Part shown: in pieces, positions 33,162 through 41,775 of the stretch | Position numbering within the stretch: the stretch's first letter is position 1 | Layout: the number at the start of each line of letters is the position of its first letter | DNA from: Thermodesulfobacteriota bacterium | GTDB lineage: Bacteria > Desulfobacterota > Desulfobacteria > Desulfobacterales > C00003060 | Assembly (NCBI GenBank): GCA_034189385.1 | Contig: JAXHVD010000005.1 | Span: 1-64,000, forward strand | Reading direction: 5' to 3' | Length of the DNA: 64,000 nucleotides | Notes under the pieces: model-generated | What the model was told of the DNA's origin: nothing | What the model saw: the letters and a program-made list of their open reading frames with translations, nothing else | The model's database searches: none | Made by a program: the position numbers and the translations under genes

Positions 33162-33431
33162 CTGGCCTAGTCGCCAGTGTGAATAAGTACCAGGCCATGG
33201 GCCAGTGCTTTCTTCCCTCCCCCCCTTTTTGTGGAAAGAATCGATCTGATCGGGCAGAAAGTCTTTTGTGAGGGACATTGAGTCCGCCCTGGCGGGAAAA
33301 TTTCTGTGCAAAGCGAGACAAGGGGCAATCGGTGCAAGATCTATGTAACTGACACGGGACATGGGATCGCAAGTGGAGACACAACAGGGGCAGCAAGGTG
33401 TGTTTCCTCATGGCCCTGTTGGACAGAGGAC

Positions 33432-33569
33432 TTAGGTATACATGAGGGAATAGAGCCTGGTTCTTTCCCAGAGAGATGTAATGTCCCAAGCTTGTCTTTT
33501 AGGAAGTATCCTGACCAGGCGGCAGTAGACATGCAGGGCATTGAGGTTATGGTGTAAGAAGTTTTTCAT
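33432..33569 (-). CDS. 45-aa small protein with its own sigma54 promoter
   Basis: MKNFLHHNLNALHVYCRLVRILPKRQAWDITSLWERTRLYSLMYT; AAGGGGG RBS; -24/-12 box upstream. Confidence 0.65.
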   Translation of the reverse strand: MKNFLHHNLNALHVYCRLVRILPKRQAWDITSLWERTRLYSLMYT

Positions 33570-33604
33570 CGTATTTTCCCCCTTTCTTTTGGTTATCCTC
33601 TTTT

Positions 33605-33620
33605 TGCACTGGCCATGCCA
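33605..33620 (-). promoter_or_regulatory. sigma54 promoter A (small ORF)
   Basis: TGGCATGGCCAGTGCA, GG-N10-GC. Confidence 0.75.
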
Positions 33621-33728
33621 ACTCACGGCAACCTCGGCCGCGCTTCAATATAACCAATTGTAATGAGACAGATTCTTGGATTTCCAGCCTTTGTGAAGGG
33701 ATTTTGGGTCCGTGGGCAACTGATGAGT

Positions 33729-33780
33729 TGTTGTGTGCAATGCAACTTATTGCAGTGGCAGTGTCTCCTCAAGGCCAACA
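33729..33780. promoter_or_regulatory. Tandem putative activator sites for promoter A
   Basis: TGTTGTGTGCAATGCAACT (33729) and TGTCTCCTCAAGGCCAACA (33762), 33 bp apart. Confidence 0.6.
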
Positions 33781-33858
33781 TCACGATCGGAGAGAGGGAG
33801 AAAAGGGCAGACTCGAAAAAAGTCAGAAACGGGCGTTGTGACTTCTTGCGACACCATC

Positions 33859-33892
33859 AAAAAAGGGAGGCGGCCAAAACGGCCCCCTCCCT
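33859..33892 (-). terminator. Rho-independent terminator after precursor 1
   Basis: GGGAGG.GGCC/GGCC.CCTCCC stem followed by T6 on the minus strand. Confidence 0.8.
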
Positions 33893-33917
33893 CTAGGAGT
33901 TGCCCGAGGAGGTAGCT

Positions 33918-34172
33918 TTACTCAGCGCCACCGCCCATTGCCGGCATTGCCCCGCCGGGAATGCCGTACGGGACCACAGGGTAGCAGGGATAGGGGAAAC
34001 AGGGGAAGTAAGGATAGCCCATGTAGAAGGGAAAACCGGGGTAGCAGGGATAGCCGGGGATGTACCCAGGGACATAACCCGGGCCGGGGTAACAACCACC
34101 TGCCACCTCACTCATAGCCTTGCCGTTTAGTTCCTTGTCCATTTCCAAATCCTTGATTTTGACCTTTTTCAT
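33918..34172 (-). CDS. Double-glycine leader precursor peptide 1 (Tyr/Pro/Gly/Cys-rich core)
   Basis: MKKVKIKDLEMDKELNGKAMSEVAGG then CYPGPGYVPGYIPGYPCYPG...; AGGAGAAGG RBS; sigma54 promoter and terminator. Confidence 0.88.
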   Translation of the reverse strand: MKKVKIKDLEMDKELNGKAMSEVAGGCYPGPGYVPGYIPGYPCYPGFPFYMGYPYFPCFPYPCYPVVPYGIPGGAMPAMGGGAE

Positions 34173-34224
34173 TTTCCTTCTCCTTTCTTTTTGTTTTTTG
34201 CTGGCGTTTGGTTTACTGTTGGTC

Positions 34225-34240
34225 TGCATCCCCCGTGCCA
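34225..34240 (-). promoter_or_regulatory. sigma54 promoter B (precursor 1)
   Basis: TGGCACGGGGGATGCA, GG-N10-GC. Confidence 0.8.
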
Positions 34241-34348
34241 ACACCGTCGCCAATATTGGATGAACAGTGATAAGTATTTATCATTCAACATCAATTTTGA
34301 ATAAGGGCCTTTTGGGGGAAGCTCCGTATTTTCCAGGTCTCTAAATCT

Positions 34349-34400
34349 TGTTGCTTTTTTTGCAACACATCTGGCATGATCTGTTTGTTCACTGCCAACG
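34349..34400. promoter_or_regulatory. Tandem putative activator sites for promoter B
   Basis: TGTTGCTTTTTTTGCAACA with perfectly palindromic arms (34349) and TGTTTGTTCACTGCCAACG (34382), 33 bp apart. Confidence 0.7.
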
Positions 34401-34653
34401 CTTCTGTTGAGTCGAAGCATTCTGTTGTCCCTTTGCTTGTGACAAGAAGAGTCAAAACCCCTTGATTTGGAGGGATGAAATGGCCATTTTGGGATTGTCT
34501 TTTCATTGAATCTCTGGTATTTGAGATTTTGGCAGTTTGACACTTTCAGAGCACCAGCAACCGTTTTTCCCATAAACAAACAAGTTGTGAAGATCTTGCC
34601 GCTTGGCCTGACAGAACATTCTTTGTGCTGTTCCGTGCCTAAGCGTTAAGGTG

Positions 34654-34772
34654 TTGAACCGAATAAGCGAGCGCATTCCCCGCTGCTTGCGGCGGGGTTA
34701 GCGAGTGTATAGTTAAGATGACAACATCCTTGCGGTGAAGATTCCCCGTGGCTTGCCGCGGGGAGGGTTCAA
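34654..34772. mobile_element. Non-autonomous double-hairpin element (IS200/IS605- or REP-like)
   Basis: Two copies of CCCCG..GCTTGC.GCGGGG hairpins bounded by TTGAA...TTCAA. Confidence 0.6.
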
Positions 34773-34865
34773 TTCATCATTATTCGTGCTCGTGGCTGTA
34801 TGCCGTTGCATCGGGCGCCTCGTCAGTTCCCTGTGTCTTTCAATTGCATTGATCTGTGAGGTACA

Positions 34866-35549
34866 TTGAGAAGGCCCCTTTCCGTTGGATACTTGGCGCT
34901 CCTGCCGTCTATCATTGCCATCCTTGCCTCTGCAGCTATTGCCGAAGATCGATCTGAAAAAGAGATTTGGCAGCTATCCCCCGACTATGAGCTCATGAAG
35001 CCCAAAGTGATTGCGGTGGTTCCCATGGACAACTTCTCTTTGGAGCCCAACGTTGAGAAGGCCTTGTACCAGGAGGTCTATGAACGATTGAAGGTGAAGG
35101 GATACATGAGGATTGCGGCCGAAAAAGTAGATGAGGTCATGAAAGAGCTCGGTATTCAAACGCCTGGTCAACTGGCGGGGATTTCACTCGCCAGGCTTGG
35201 GAAAAAACTTAAGTGTGAGGCTGTGTTGATGGGGCAGATCGAGCAGTCTGGCACGATCCATAAAGGGATTTATGACGCTGTAGCAGTCTCTTGTTCTCTT
35301 AGGCTGGTGGACTGCGCCACGGGGAGAATGCTCTGGCAAACGGAGCAGTGGAGAGCCGCCCACAGACAGTGGCAGGTGGATCCGATTAATCTATTTATCA
35401 ATGTTGCCGCCCATGAAAAGGCCTCACGTGAAAAGAGAGTGGCCTGCCTCGTCCATGAGATGCTGAAGACATTGCCCCAGGGCCACGTCGATGTGCAAGT
35501 TGGCGACCTTTTAAATCAAGCCCAGGAGATCCCAGCAAACCAACCGTAG
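34866..35549 (+). CDS. GNA1162/DUF799-like exported protein (CsgG/TolB-N-like fold)
   Basis: Signal peptide; PKVIAVVPMDNFS, L..KGY, EAVLMGQI, RLVDCATGRMLWQ. Confidence 0.7.
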   Translation: MRRPLSVGYLALLPSIIAILASAAIAEDRSEKEIWQLSPDYELMKPKVIAVVPMDNFSLEPNVEKALYQEVYERLKVKGYMRIAAEKVDEVMKELGIQTPGQLAGISLARLGKKLKCEAVLMGQIEQSGTIHKGIYDAVAVSCSLRLVDCATGRMLWQTEQWRAAHRQWQVDPINLFINVAAHEKASREKRVACLVHEMLKTLPQGHVDVQVGDLLNQAQEIPANQP

Positions 35550-35602
35550 AATAGTATGTTGGTACACCCCGCTTTTCGGACCGGTATGATCGGAGGAAAA
35601 AG

Positions 35603-37018
35603 ATGAAGGCTTCACTGGCAATCAGGTTCTCTCTATTGATGGTGACGGTCCTAAGTGCATGCTCTGTGGGGCCCCAATATGAACGCCCGAAGCTTGAGGA
35701 AAAGAAGGCTTGGGGTGAAACAGAAGCTGCCGAATTAGGGCCCTGCCGAGTCATACAGATGGATTGGTGGACGGGTTTTGGCGATCCTTATCTTAACAAA
35801 TTGGTCCAAGAGGCTATCTCAGGCAGTTTTGACTTGAAGATTCTGCTCGGACGTATCCAGGAAGCAGGTGCTACGATTAAAGGGGCTCGGGCGCAACTGA
35901 TGCCTTCTCTAGACTTGTCCACAAAGGCAGAGTTTAGTCGGGCGGAAGTGCCTGACTTCGGTGGCGGTCACACGGTGGCTGACTCTCAACAGGCCACCGG
36001 ACAGACGAGTTTGAGTTGGGAAATAGACATGTGGGGCAAGAAGAGGAGAGAGTATGCAGCAACCAAAGCTGAATATGAAGCCAGTCAAGCTGACTATCGG
36101 GCAGGATATCTAAAGCTGGTTTCGGAGCTGGCAATGGCCTATTTTCAGATCCGCCAGATTGATGAGCAGTCCCGTATGACGGACAGGTCCCATGGACAAT
36201 ACAATCAAATACTGACCATCTACCAAAACCAATACGCTGAAGGCCTTGTTCCTCAGTGGAAAGTGCTGCGGCAAGAGGCAGAAGTGAAAAGGCTGAATCA
36301 GGATTTGTTGGAACTTGAAAGGGTGCGAAAGAGGCTTGAAAACAGAATAGCCACTTTGTTGGGCCGGCCTGCAGGGGATTTGAAAATTCCCCGTGCCAAC
36401 CTGAGACAAAACCTGCGGCCCGTGAAGGTGCCTGTGGGCCTTCCCTCTGACCTTCTGTCCCGACGTCCGGACATTGTGGCAGCCGAATACCGCCTCATTA
36501 AGGCAACCCATAACGTAGGTGCGGCCGAAGCCGCCAGGCTCCCATCTTTTGGTCTGACCGGCTCTGGCAGCTTAGTGAGTGAAAGCCTCAAGGGGCTGCT
36601 CACGGGCACCTGGGCGCTGTCCATCGCACCAGCCGTGTCCATGCCGCTTTTTGATGGTGGCAGTCGCAAGGCTGACGTTGCTGCAAAACAAGCACGAGCA
36701 CAAGTAACCCAAGAGGTGTATCGCAAGACAGTAATGACAGCCTTTGAAGAGGTGGAGAACGCTTTGGTAAATCTGGAGAGTCGACAAAAGCAGCAGGCTG
36801 TCCTGAAGGAGAAGCTCGACGGGCTGAAACAGGTTCGATCTCAAACCACCGCCAAATTTGAACTTGGCTTGATATCCCAATTACAGGTTCTAGACATCGA
36901 GCGGGAGCTTTATGCAGCTGAGAAGTCGCTTCTGCAGATGCATCGTTACCTCTTGGATGATACCGTCTCTCTCTTTAAGGCCCTGGGCGGCGGCTGGGGC
37001 AAGGTCACAGTGAAGTAG
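35603..37018 (+). CDS. Outer membrane efflux factor lipoprotein (NodT/OprM family)
   Basis: Lipobox LSAC-SVGP.YERP; WW..F.DP.L..LV; PSDLLSRRPDI.AAE; LFKALGGGW. Confidence 0.95.
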   Translation: MKASLAIRFSLLMVTVLSACSVGPQYERPKLEEKKAWGETEAAELGPCRVIQMDWWTGFGDPYLNKLVQEAISGSFDLKILLGRIQEAGATIKGARAQLMPSLDLSTKAEFSRAEVPDFGGGHTVADSQQATGQTSLSWEIDMWGKKRREYAATKAEYEASQADYRAGYLKLVSELAMAYFQIRQIDEQSRMTDRSHGQYNQILTIYQNQYAEGLVPQWKVLRQEAEVKRLNQDLLELERVRKRLENRIATLLGRPAGDLKIPRANLRQNLRPVKVPVGLPSDLLSRRPDIVAAEYRLIKATHNVGAAEAARLPSFGLTGSGSLVSESLKGLLTGTWALSIAPAVSMPLFDGGSRKADVAAKQARAQVTQEVYRKTVMTAFEEVENALVNLESRQKQQAVLKEKLDGLKQVRSQTTAKFELGLISQLQVLDIERELYAAEKSLLQMHRYLLDDTVSLFKALGGGWGKVTVK

Positions 37019-37056
37019 CGTGAGAAAGTAGAATTTTGACCGGAGACATTTTTCCT

Positions 37057-39108
37057 ATGAAAGTCATCCTGCAGGCCGAGCCAAATACGGGTATCCAAGA
37101 TATCGTCATCGAGGGCTTGCCTTTTGTGATCGGCCGCGGCGAAGGCAAGTTTTCGCAGTACGAAGAGCAATTCCCGGATCAGCTAAAGAAGCTTTCCAGG
37201 CGGCATGCCCGGATCTTCGTCGAGGGGGGCAGACTGTACATAGAGGACCTGGGCAGCACCAACGGCACTTTTTTGGGCGGACAACGGCTTCATGATCAGC
37301 CCATGCCTCTTGGAAATGGGGACGCTATAGCCTTTGGCGCTTTCTTTAAATACGTGATTTACATAGATCAACCTGAGACGAAATCGGCGGAAAGCCGGCC
37401 CGGCGGGGAAAGCACCATATACGTGTCGGACGCTTCCTCCTTCTTGGGCATGCTAGCCTCGGAGAAGAAAGCAGATCAGGGCCCTTCTTCAGGCGGCCGC
37501 CAAGAAACCTCCTCCCAATCCTCTATTCCGTGTGCGGGCACCCATTCGAAACTTAAGGACAAGAAAAGACTTTTTGCCGCCTTTATCGCTGAGTTCTGGG
37601 ACAAGCCCGGAGACGGCCGGAAACGAAAATGGTACTTGCTGGGTTTGGTCGGGGTCCTCTTGGCTGCAGGGGTTGTTTCAGTGGTCGCCCTCAGTTCGCC
37701 CGAACGGAAGTTGAAGAGACTAATGAAGCAACAGCGTTACACTGAGTGTGCTCAGGTGGCTGATGCAATACTGCGGGAGGATCCTCACGATGAACGCGTG
37801 TGTGATATCGCAACAGAGGCTCTCATAAAGGGCATTTTGCCTGACTGGATGGACAAATTGAAAAGGGCACGCTTCGCTGAGGCCCGGGAATTCCTAGCCT
37901 CAGCGGCATCACGAAACGAACACAATCGTGACGGCTTAAAAGCTATAGAGTTGTTGGTTTGGGTCACAGACCTTGAAGCGTTCTTTGCCGGAAGGAAGGG
38001 CGAAACACCTGTAACCATATACCGGGACGAGGAAAAGGTAGAGTCCTTGCTCAGTCGATGGACCAAGGACAAGAACTGCAACTGCTCTCTTCTGGACCAA
38101 ATGGCAAACCACCATCCTCCATTTGCCATTTACCAGAGACAGATACACAGCGATCTAAATGCACTGAAGACCTTGGAGACGATGCGTGTTGAGCCCACCG
38201 AAGAGCTCAAGGCGGCAATAGAAAGTCAATTGGATGCGGACCGGCCTGAGGCTTTGGTTGCAACTGTAGAAAACTTCAGACGAAAGTACCCAGAGATCGG
38301 CGGAATAGAGGCATTGCAGAAAGATGTGGCTGCCTATATTGCCCTCTGGAGAGCGGTGGAGTCAAAGGAATTGTTCAGGGTGTCCTCCTTGCTTGAAGAA
38401 GACCCTTATCAGACCAAGCCATTTGTGGACAAGGTCGCCCACATTCGTGAAAAGATCCTGCCCTCGCCCGCCGTCGTTGAGGCATACAGAAGGGCCAGAG
38501 AGGCCTGGTTGGGGGGGGCTCCCAAAAAAGCCATCGCGATCCTTCAACCCCTCGTCAACGAGAAATGGGGCGAACTGGCAGAGAGGAAACTGAAACACTA
38601 TCGTCAGGTTCTAAAGGACTTCGCTGCGGTGGAAGGGTCAAGAGACAGATTAGACTACGGTGTCCTCCTGCTCTCTTTTCATAATATCCTTATTCCAAGT
38701 GAGGACGAGGTTTTCTTGAAGTTGATAGAAAAGGATTACGAGAAGATTAGAACCGAAGAGTTGAAGAAGAGTCAGGCTTCATTCATGGAGGCGCAAGCAA
38801 AATGGGATGACTACCTAAAAGGTGGTGGGATTTCGGGGCTTCTTCGCCTTGACACAAAGGTGTCTGAGGAGTTTCGAAGAAAGGCAGGACTTCTGAGAAC
38901 GGCCTTTGAGGCTTTTTCGTCAGGTGCCAGCATATATGGTCTTCTAAACAGGGAGTTGCCCGATACGTGGAAGACCCTTGAGAAGACCATTCTTGATGAA
39001 GTCCAAATCCAACGACTACGTCTTGATGATCTCAGAAACGTATTGGACCCTGCTGTATCGTCAGAGAAGGTCAAATTGCTACCGAATCCATCAGAGAGGA
39101 AAGACTGA
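37057..39108 (+). CDS. FHA-domain membrane protein with large helical C-terminal region
   Basis: IGRG..SRRHARI..EDLGSTNGTF FHA motifs; one TM (WYLLGLVGVLLAAGVVSVVAL); stop overlaps HlyD start. Confidence 0.9.
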   Translation: MKVILQAEPNTGIQDIVIEGLPFVIGRGEGKFSQYEEQFPDQLKKLSRRHARIFVEGGRLYIEDLGSTNGTFLGGQRLHDQPMPLGNGDAIAFGAFFKYVIYIDQPETKSAESRPGGESTIYVSDASSFLGMLASEKKADQGPSSGGRQETSSQSSIPCAGTHSKLKDKKRLFAAFIAEFWDKPGDGRKRKWYLLGLVGVLLAAGVVSVVALSSPERKLKRLMKQQRYTECAQVADAILREDPHDERVCDIATEALIKGILPDWMDKLKRARFAEAREFLASAASRNEHNRDGLKAIELLVWVTDLEAFFAGRKGETPVTIYRDEEKVESLLSRWTKDKNCNCSLLDQMANHHPPFAIYQRQIHSDLNALKTLETMRVEPTEELKAAIESQLDADRPEALVATVENFRRKYPEIGGIEALQKDVAAYIALWRAVESKELFRVSSLLEEDPYQTKPFVDKVAHIREKILPSPAVVEAYRRAREAWLGGAPKKAIAILQPLVNEKWGELAERKLKHYRQVLKDFAAVEGSRDRLDYGVLLLSFHNILIPSEDEVFLKLIEKDYEKIRTEELKKSQASFMEAQAKWDDYLKGGGISGLLRLDTKVSEEFRRKAGLLRTAFEAFSSGASIYGLLNRELPDTWKTLEKTILDEVQIQRLRLDDLRNVLDPAVSSEKVKLLPNPSERKD

Positions 39109-40475
39109 TGTCCCAAGAAAAACACCCAGAGGTTTTCGTGGACGCCGTGGAAGAGCACAGTGCGGAAGCCCTTGAAGTGCTCATGGAAAGGTCCTCTTTG
39201 TTAGCCCGGGGGATTATCTATCTGCTGATAGCCCTCTTAGCGTCGCTGTTTATCTGGTCTTTTTACGGCAAGGCAGATGTGATCATTAAGGCTAAAGGGC
39301 AATTGGAGCCGGCGTCTGAGGAAAGACGGGTCTATTCACCCACAAACGGTGAATTGATCGACATCTATGTGGCAGAGGGCATGCCCATATCCAAGAATGA
39401 CCTCCTGGCTCGCATCAAGGCGCCAGAAGCCATCAAGGCTGCGGCAGGAGCAGTGGAGGCAAAGATGAAACTTCAGGAAGCTGAGCGGCAAAAAGAGGTC
39501 TTTCCAGAGAAGAAGAAGATAATGGAAGAAGAGCTTGCCACCATAGCCAAACACATTGAGCAGAAAGAGAAGGAGTACAGTCAACTTAAGACAGAAGGAT
39601 TGCGGAACCTTTCGGAGAGCCAAAGACATAAACTAGAGGCAACGAGAACCAAGCTGGAAGAAGCAAGAAGCGAAAGAGATCTTGCGAAACGGACGGCGGG
39701 TACATACAAGCGCCTCTATGAGACGCCAGGCCATGGCGGCGTCTCCAGACAAGAAACGGAAAAGGCAGAAAGCACATACCTTAAGGCAAATGCCACGTAT
39801 GAGCGTTTGTTGACGGAGCTACAGAACCTGGAACTTGAGTTCAGCAAACAACATGCGGAAACGGGCAACAAGATTGACAAGACATACATTGAGCTACTGG
39901 GTATGCGTGTCAAACATGCAAACAAGAGGCAGGAAATCGCAAACGCGGAAAGCCGGATTGACGTCCAGTATCGCACGGCGCGGGCGAAGTGGGAGGCCGC
40001 TTCCCTGGTGAGTTTTGAGGACCTTGATCAAGAAACGCTAGTGATCCGTTCCCCTGTATCCGGGAAGATAACCCGGGTCTCCTTCAAGCAACAAGGAGAA
40101 AAGGTGGAAGCAACAAAAGCCCTCGTTTCCATCGCCCCGGCAGATGCCAGGGATATTCTGCGTGTTTCTATCTTGGACAAGGACCGTGGCTTCCTCAAGG
40201 TAGGCCAACCGGCAAAACTGAAGTTTGCTGCCTTTCCTTTTCAGCGCTATGGCTTCATACGGGGCAAACTGGAGTATATATCTCCCTCTGCAGAGCTCTC
40301 AAAGGACGGACAGCCGCTATACAATGGCCGGGTCAGTTTGGAACGTGACTATTTCATAGTCAACGGTGAGGAGATAAAACTGAGGTATGGCATGACTGCA
40401 GATGCGGAGATCATAGTTCAAAAGCGCAGGTTGATAGATCTGGCCTTGGATCCGGTGAGAAGACTCAAAGGCTAG
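39108..40475 (+). CDS. HlyD-family T1SS membrane fusion protein
   Basis: N-terminal TM, coiled coil, IRSPVSG, KFAAFPFQRYG, LRYGMTADAEI. Confidence 0.95.
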   Translation: MSQEKHPEVFVDAVEEHSAEALEVLMERSSLLARGIIYLLIALLASLFIWSFYGKADVIIKAKGQLEPASEERRVYSPTNGELIDIYVAEGMPISKNDLLARIKAPEAIKAAAGAVEAKMKLQEAERQKEVFPEKKKIMEEELATIAKHIEQKEKEYSQLKTEGLRNLSESQRHKLEATRTKLEEARSERDLAKRTAGTYKRLYETPGHGGVSRQETEKAESTYLKANATYERLLTELQNLELEFSKQHAETGNKIDKTYIELLGMRVKHANKRQEIANAESRIDVQYRTARAKWEAASLVSFEDLDQETLVIRSPVSGKITRVSFKQQGEKVEATKALVSIAPADARDILRVSILDKDRGFLKVGQPAKLKFAAFPFQRYGFIRGKLEYISPSAELSKDGQPLYNGRVSLERDYFIVNGEEIKLRYGMTADAEIIVQKRRLIDLALDPVRRLKG

Positions 40476-40664
40476 GGGCGGCGTGGACTGAAGGGTCGGG
40501 ATCTTACACAGTCAGCCCGACATGAATTGATCTGTGCCAGTGACCGCACTTTCACGGTCGTGGGATTCCATGTTAAGAAAGGAGGTGACCGTATTCCCGG
40601 GGGGAGGAATTTGACAGGAAAGGTAGCGCGCCTGAGTATTTATGGGTTCTTGAAGGAGGTAAAG

Positions 40665-41417
40665 ATGAGCACAGCGATCAAGATTAACGACGAGGTGGTT
40701 TCTGCAGAGCAATTTATCAATATCCTGAAAATGTCAAACGAGTTTCCTTTGCTGGCCGAGAAAGTTATCCGCGACAAGATAACGGTACAGGAGGCCAAAA
40801 AGAAAGGCATCAGTGTGTCCACCGAGGAGGTCCAGCAGGAAGCGGACGATTTCAGACGCGTTGCGGCCCTTCATCGGGCAAAGGATACGCAGGAATGGAT
40901 GGATCAGAGAGGGCTGACGCTGGATGAGTTTGAGATTTTTGTAACGGAGAGAATCTACAAGAAGAAGATGGTTGAAACCATCACGAGCGAGCAGTCCATT
41001 GAAGAGTATTTCAAGCTGAACTCGCCCAAGTTCGACAGTGCCGATATCAGGCACATCGTGGTGGACAGTGAGGCCAAGGCAAAAGAACTGATGTCTCTGC
41101 TGAGTGAAGACCCAGAGGGTTTTGGCGAGTTGGCCAAGGAGCACTCGCTTGACAATGAGACCAGAAAGACGGGAGGACAGATCGGAGGCTTGCGTCGGGG
41201 GGTGCTGCCCGATGAGGTGAGTGCCAAGGTCTTCAATGCATCTGCAGGAGATGTCGTCGGGCCCTTGGAGTTGGGCGATGGGTATTTCTACGAGATTATC
41301 CAGGTTACAGCCGTCAATCCTGCCAGCCTGGACGATTCCACCAAGGAAGAGATAGGTGAGTTACTTTACAACGACTGGCTGGAGGCACGTCTGCAAGAGC
41401 ACAGTGTTACGGTATAG
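40665..41417 (+). CDS. Parvulin/PpiC-type peptidyl-prolyl isomerase without signal peptide
   Basis: SurA-N-like helices then IRHIVV..FGELAKEHSLD..GG.IG..VFNAS.GDVVGP; AAGGAGG RBS. Confidence 0.9.
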   Translation: MSTAIKINDEVVSAEQFINILKMSNEFPLLAEKVIRDKITVQEAKKKGISVSTEEVQQEADDFRRVAALHRAKDTQEWMDQRGLTLDEFEIFVTERIYKKKMVETITSEQSIEEYFKLNSPKFDSADIRHIVVDSEAKAKELMSLLSEDPEGFGELAKEHSLDNETRKTGGQIGGLRRGVLPDEVSAKVFNASAGDVVGPLELGDGYFYEIIQVTAVNPASLDDSTKEEIGELLYNDWLEARLQEHSVTV

Positions 41418-41775
41418 TTCGTTTCTGTCCCTATAAATCGCTCTTATTCCAATGAGCGGCTTTATGCGTGGGTATTGCGCCTGGGGCTTGAAAGGAACGG
41501 CTGTGATCCGCCTATGGTGGACTGACTTCGAGACTGAGGTCAGTGCTGATTCATAAGCTGTTTATACATGGGCAGTAGCTGGGTTTCGTGAGAAGAGGAA
41601 GGTGGCTGAAACCGTGGTCCTTGCAGGCAAGGGGGAGTTGCCGCTTTTTTTTATTCCGGGGCGCCCCCCTTTTACTTCATAAAGGTTGTGGTCCCCTTAC
41701 AATAGGTTTCTTTGAGTCCATGGCTTTGACTTGCCGGAGTACATTGGCCGGCCAGATTAAACAGGAGGCCTTTCA

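Noticed and set aside
33837..33853. TGT-N11-ACA (17 bp) site as the activator motif
   Set aside because: Single copy, not repeated at the other promoters; the 19-bp motif explains all four
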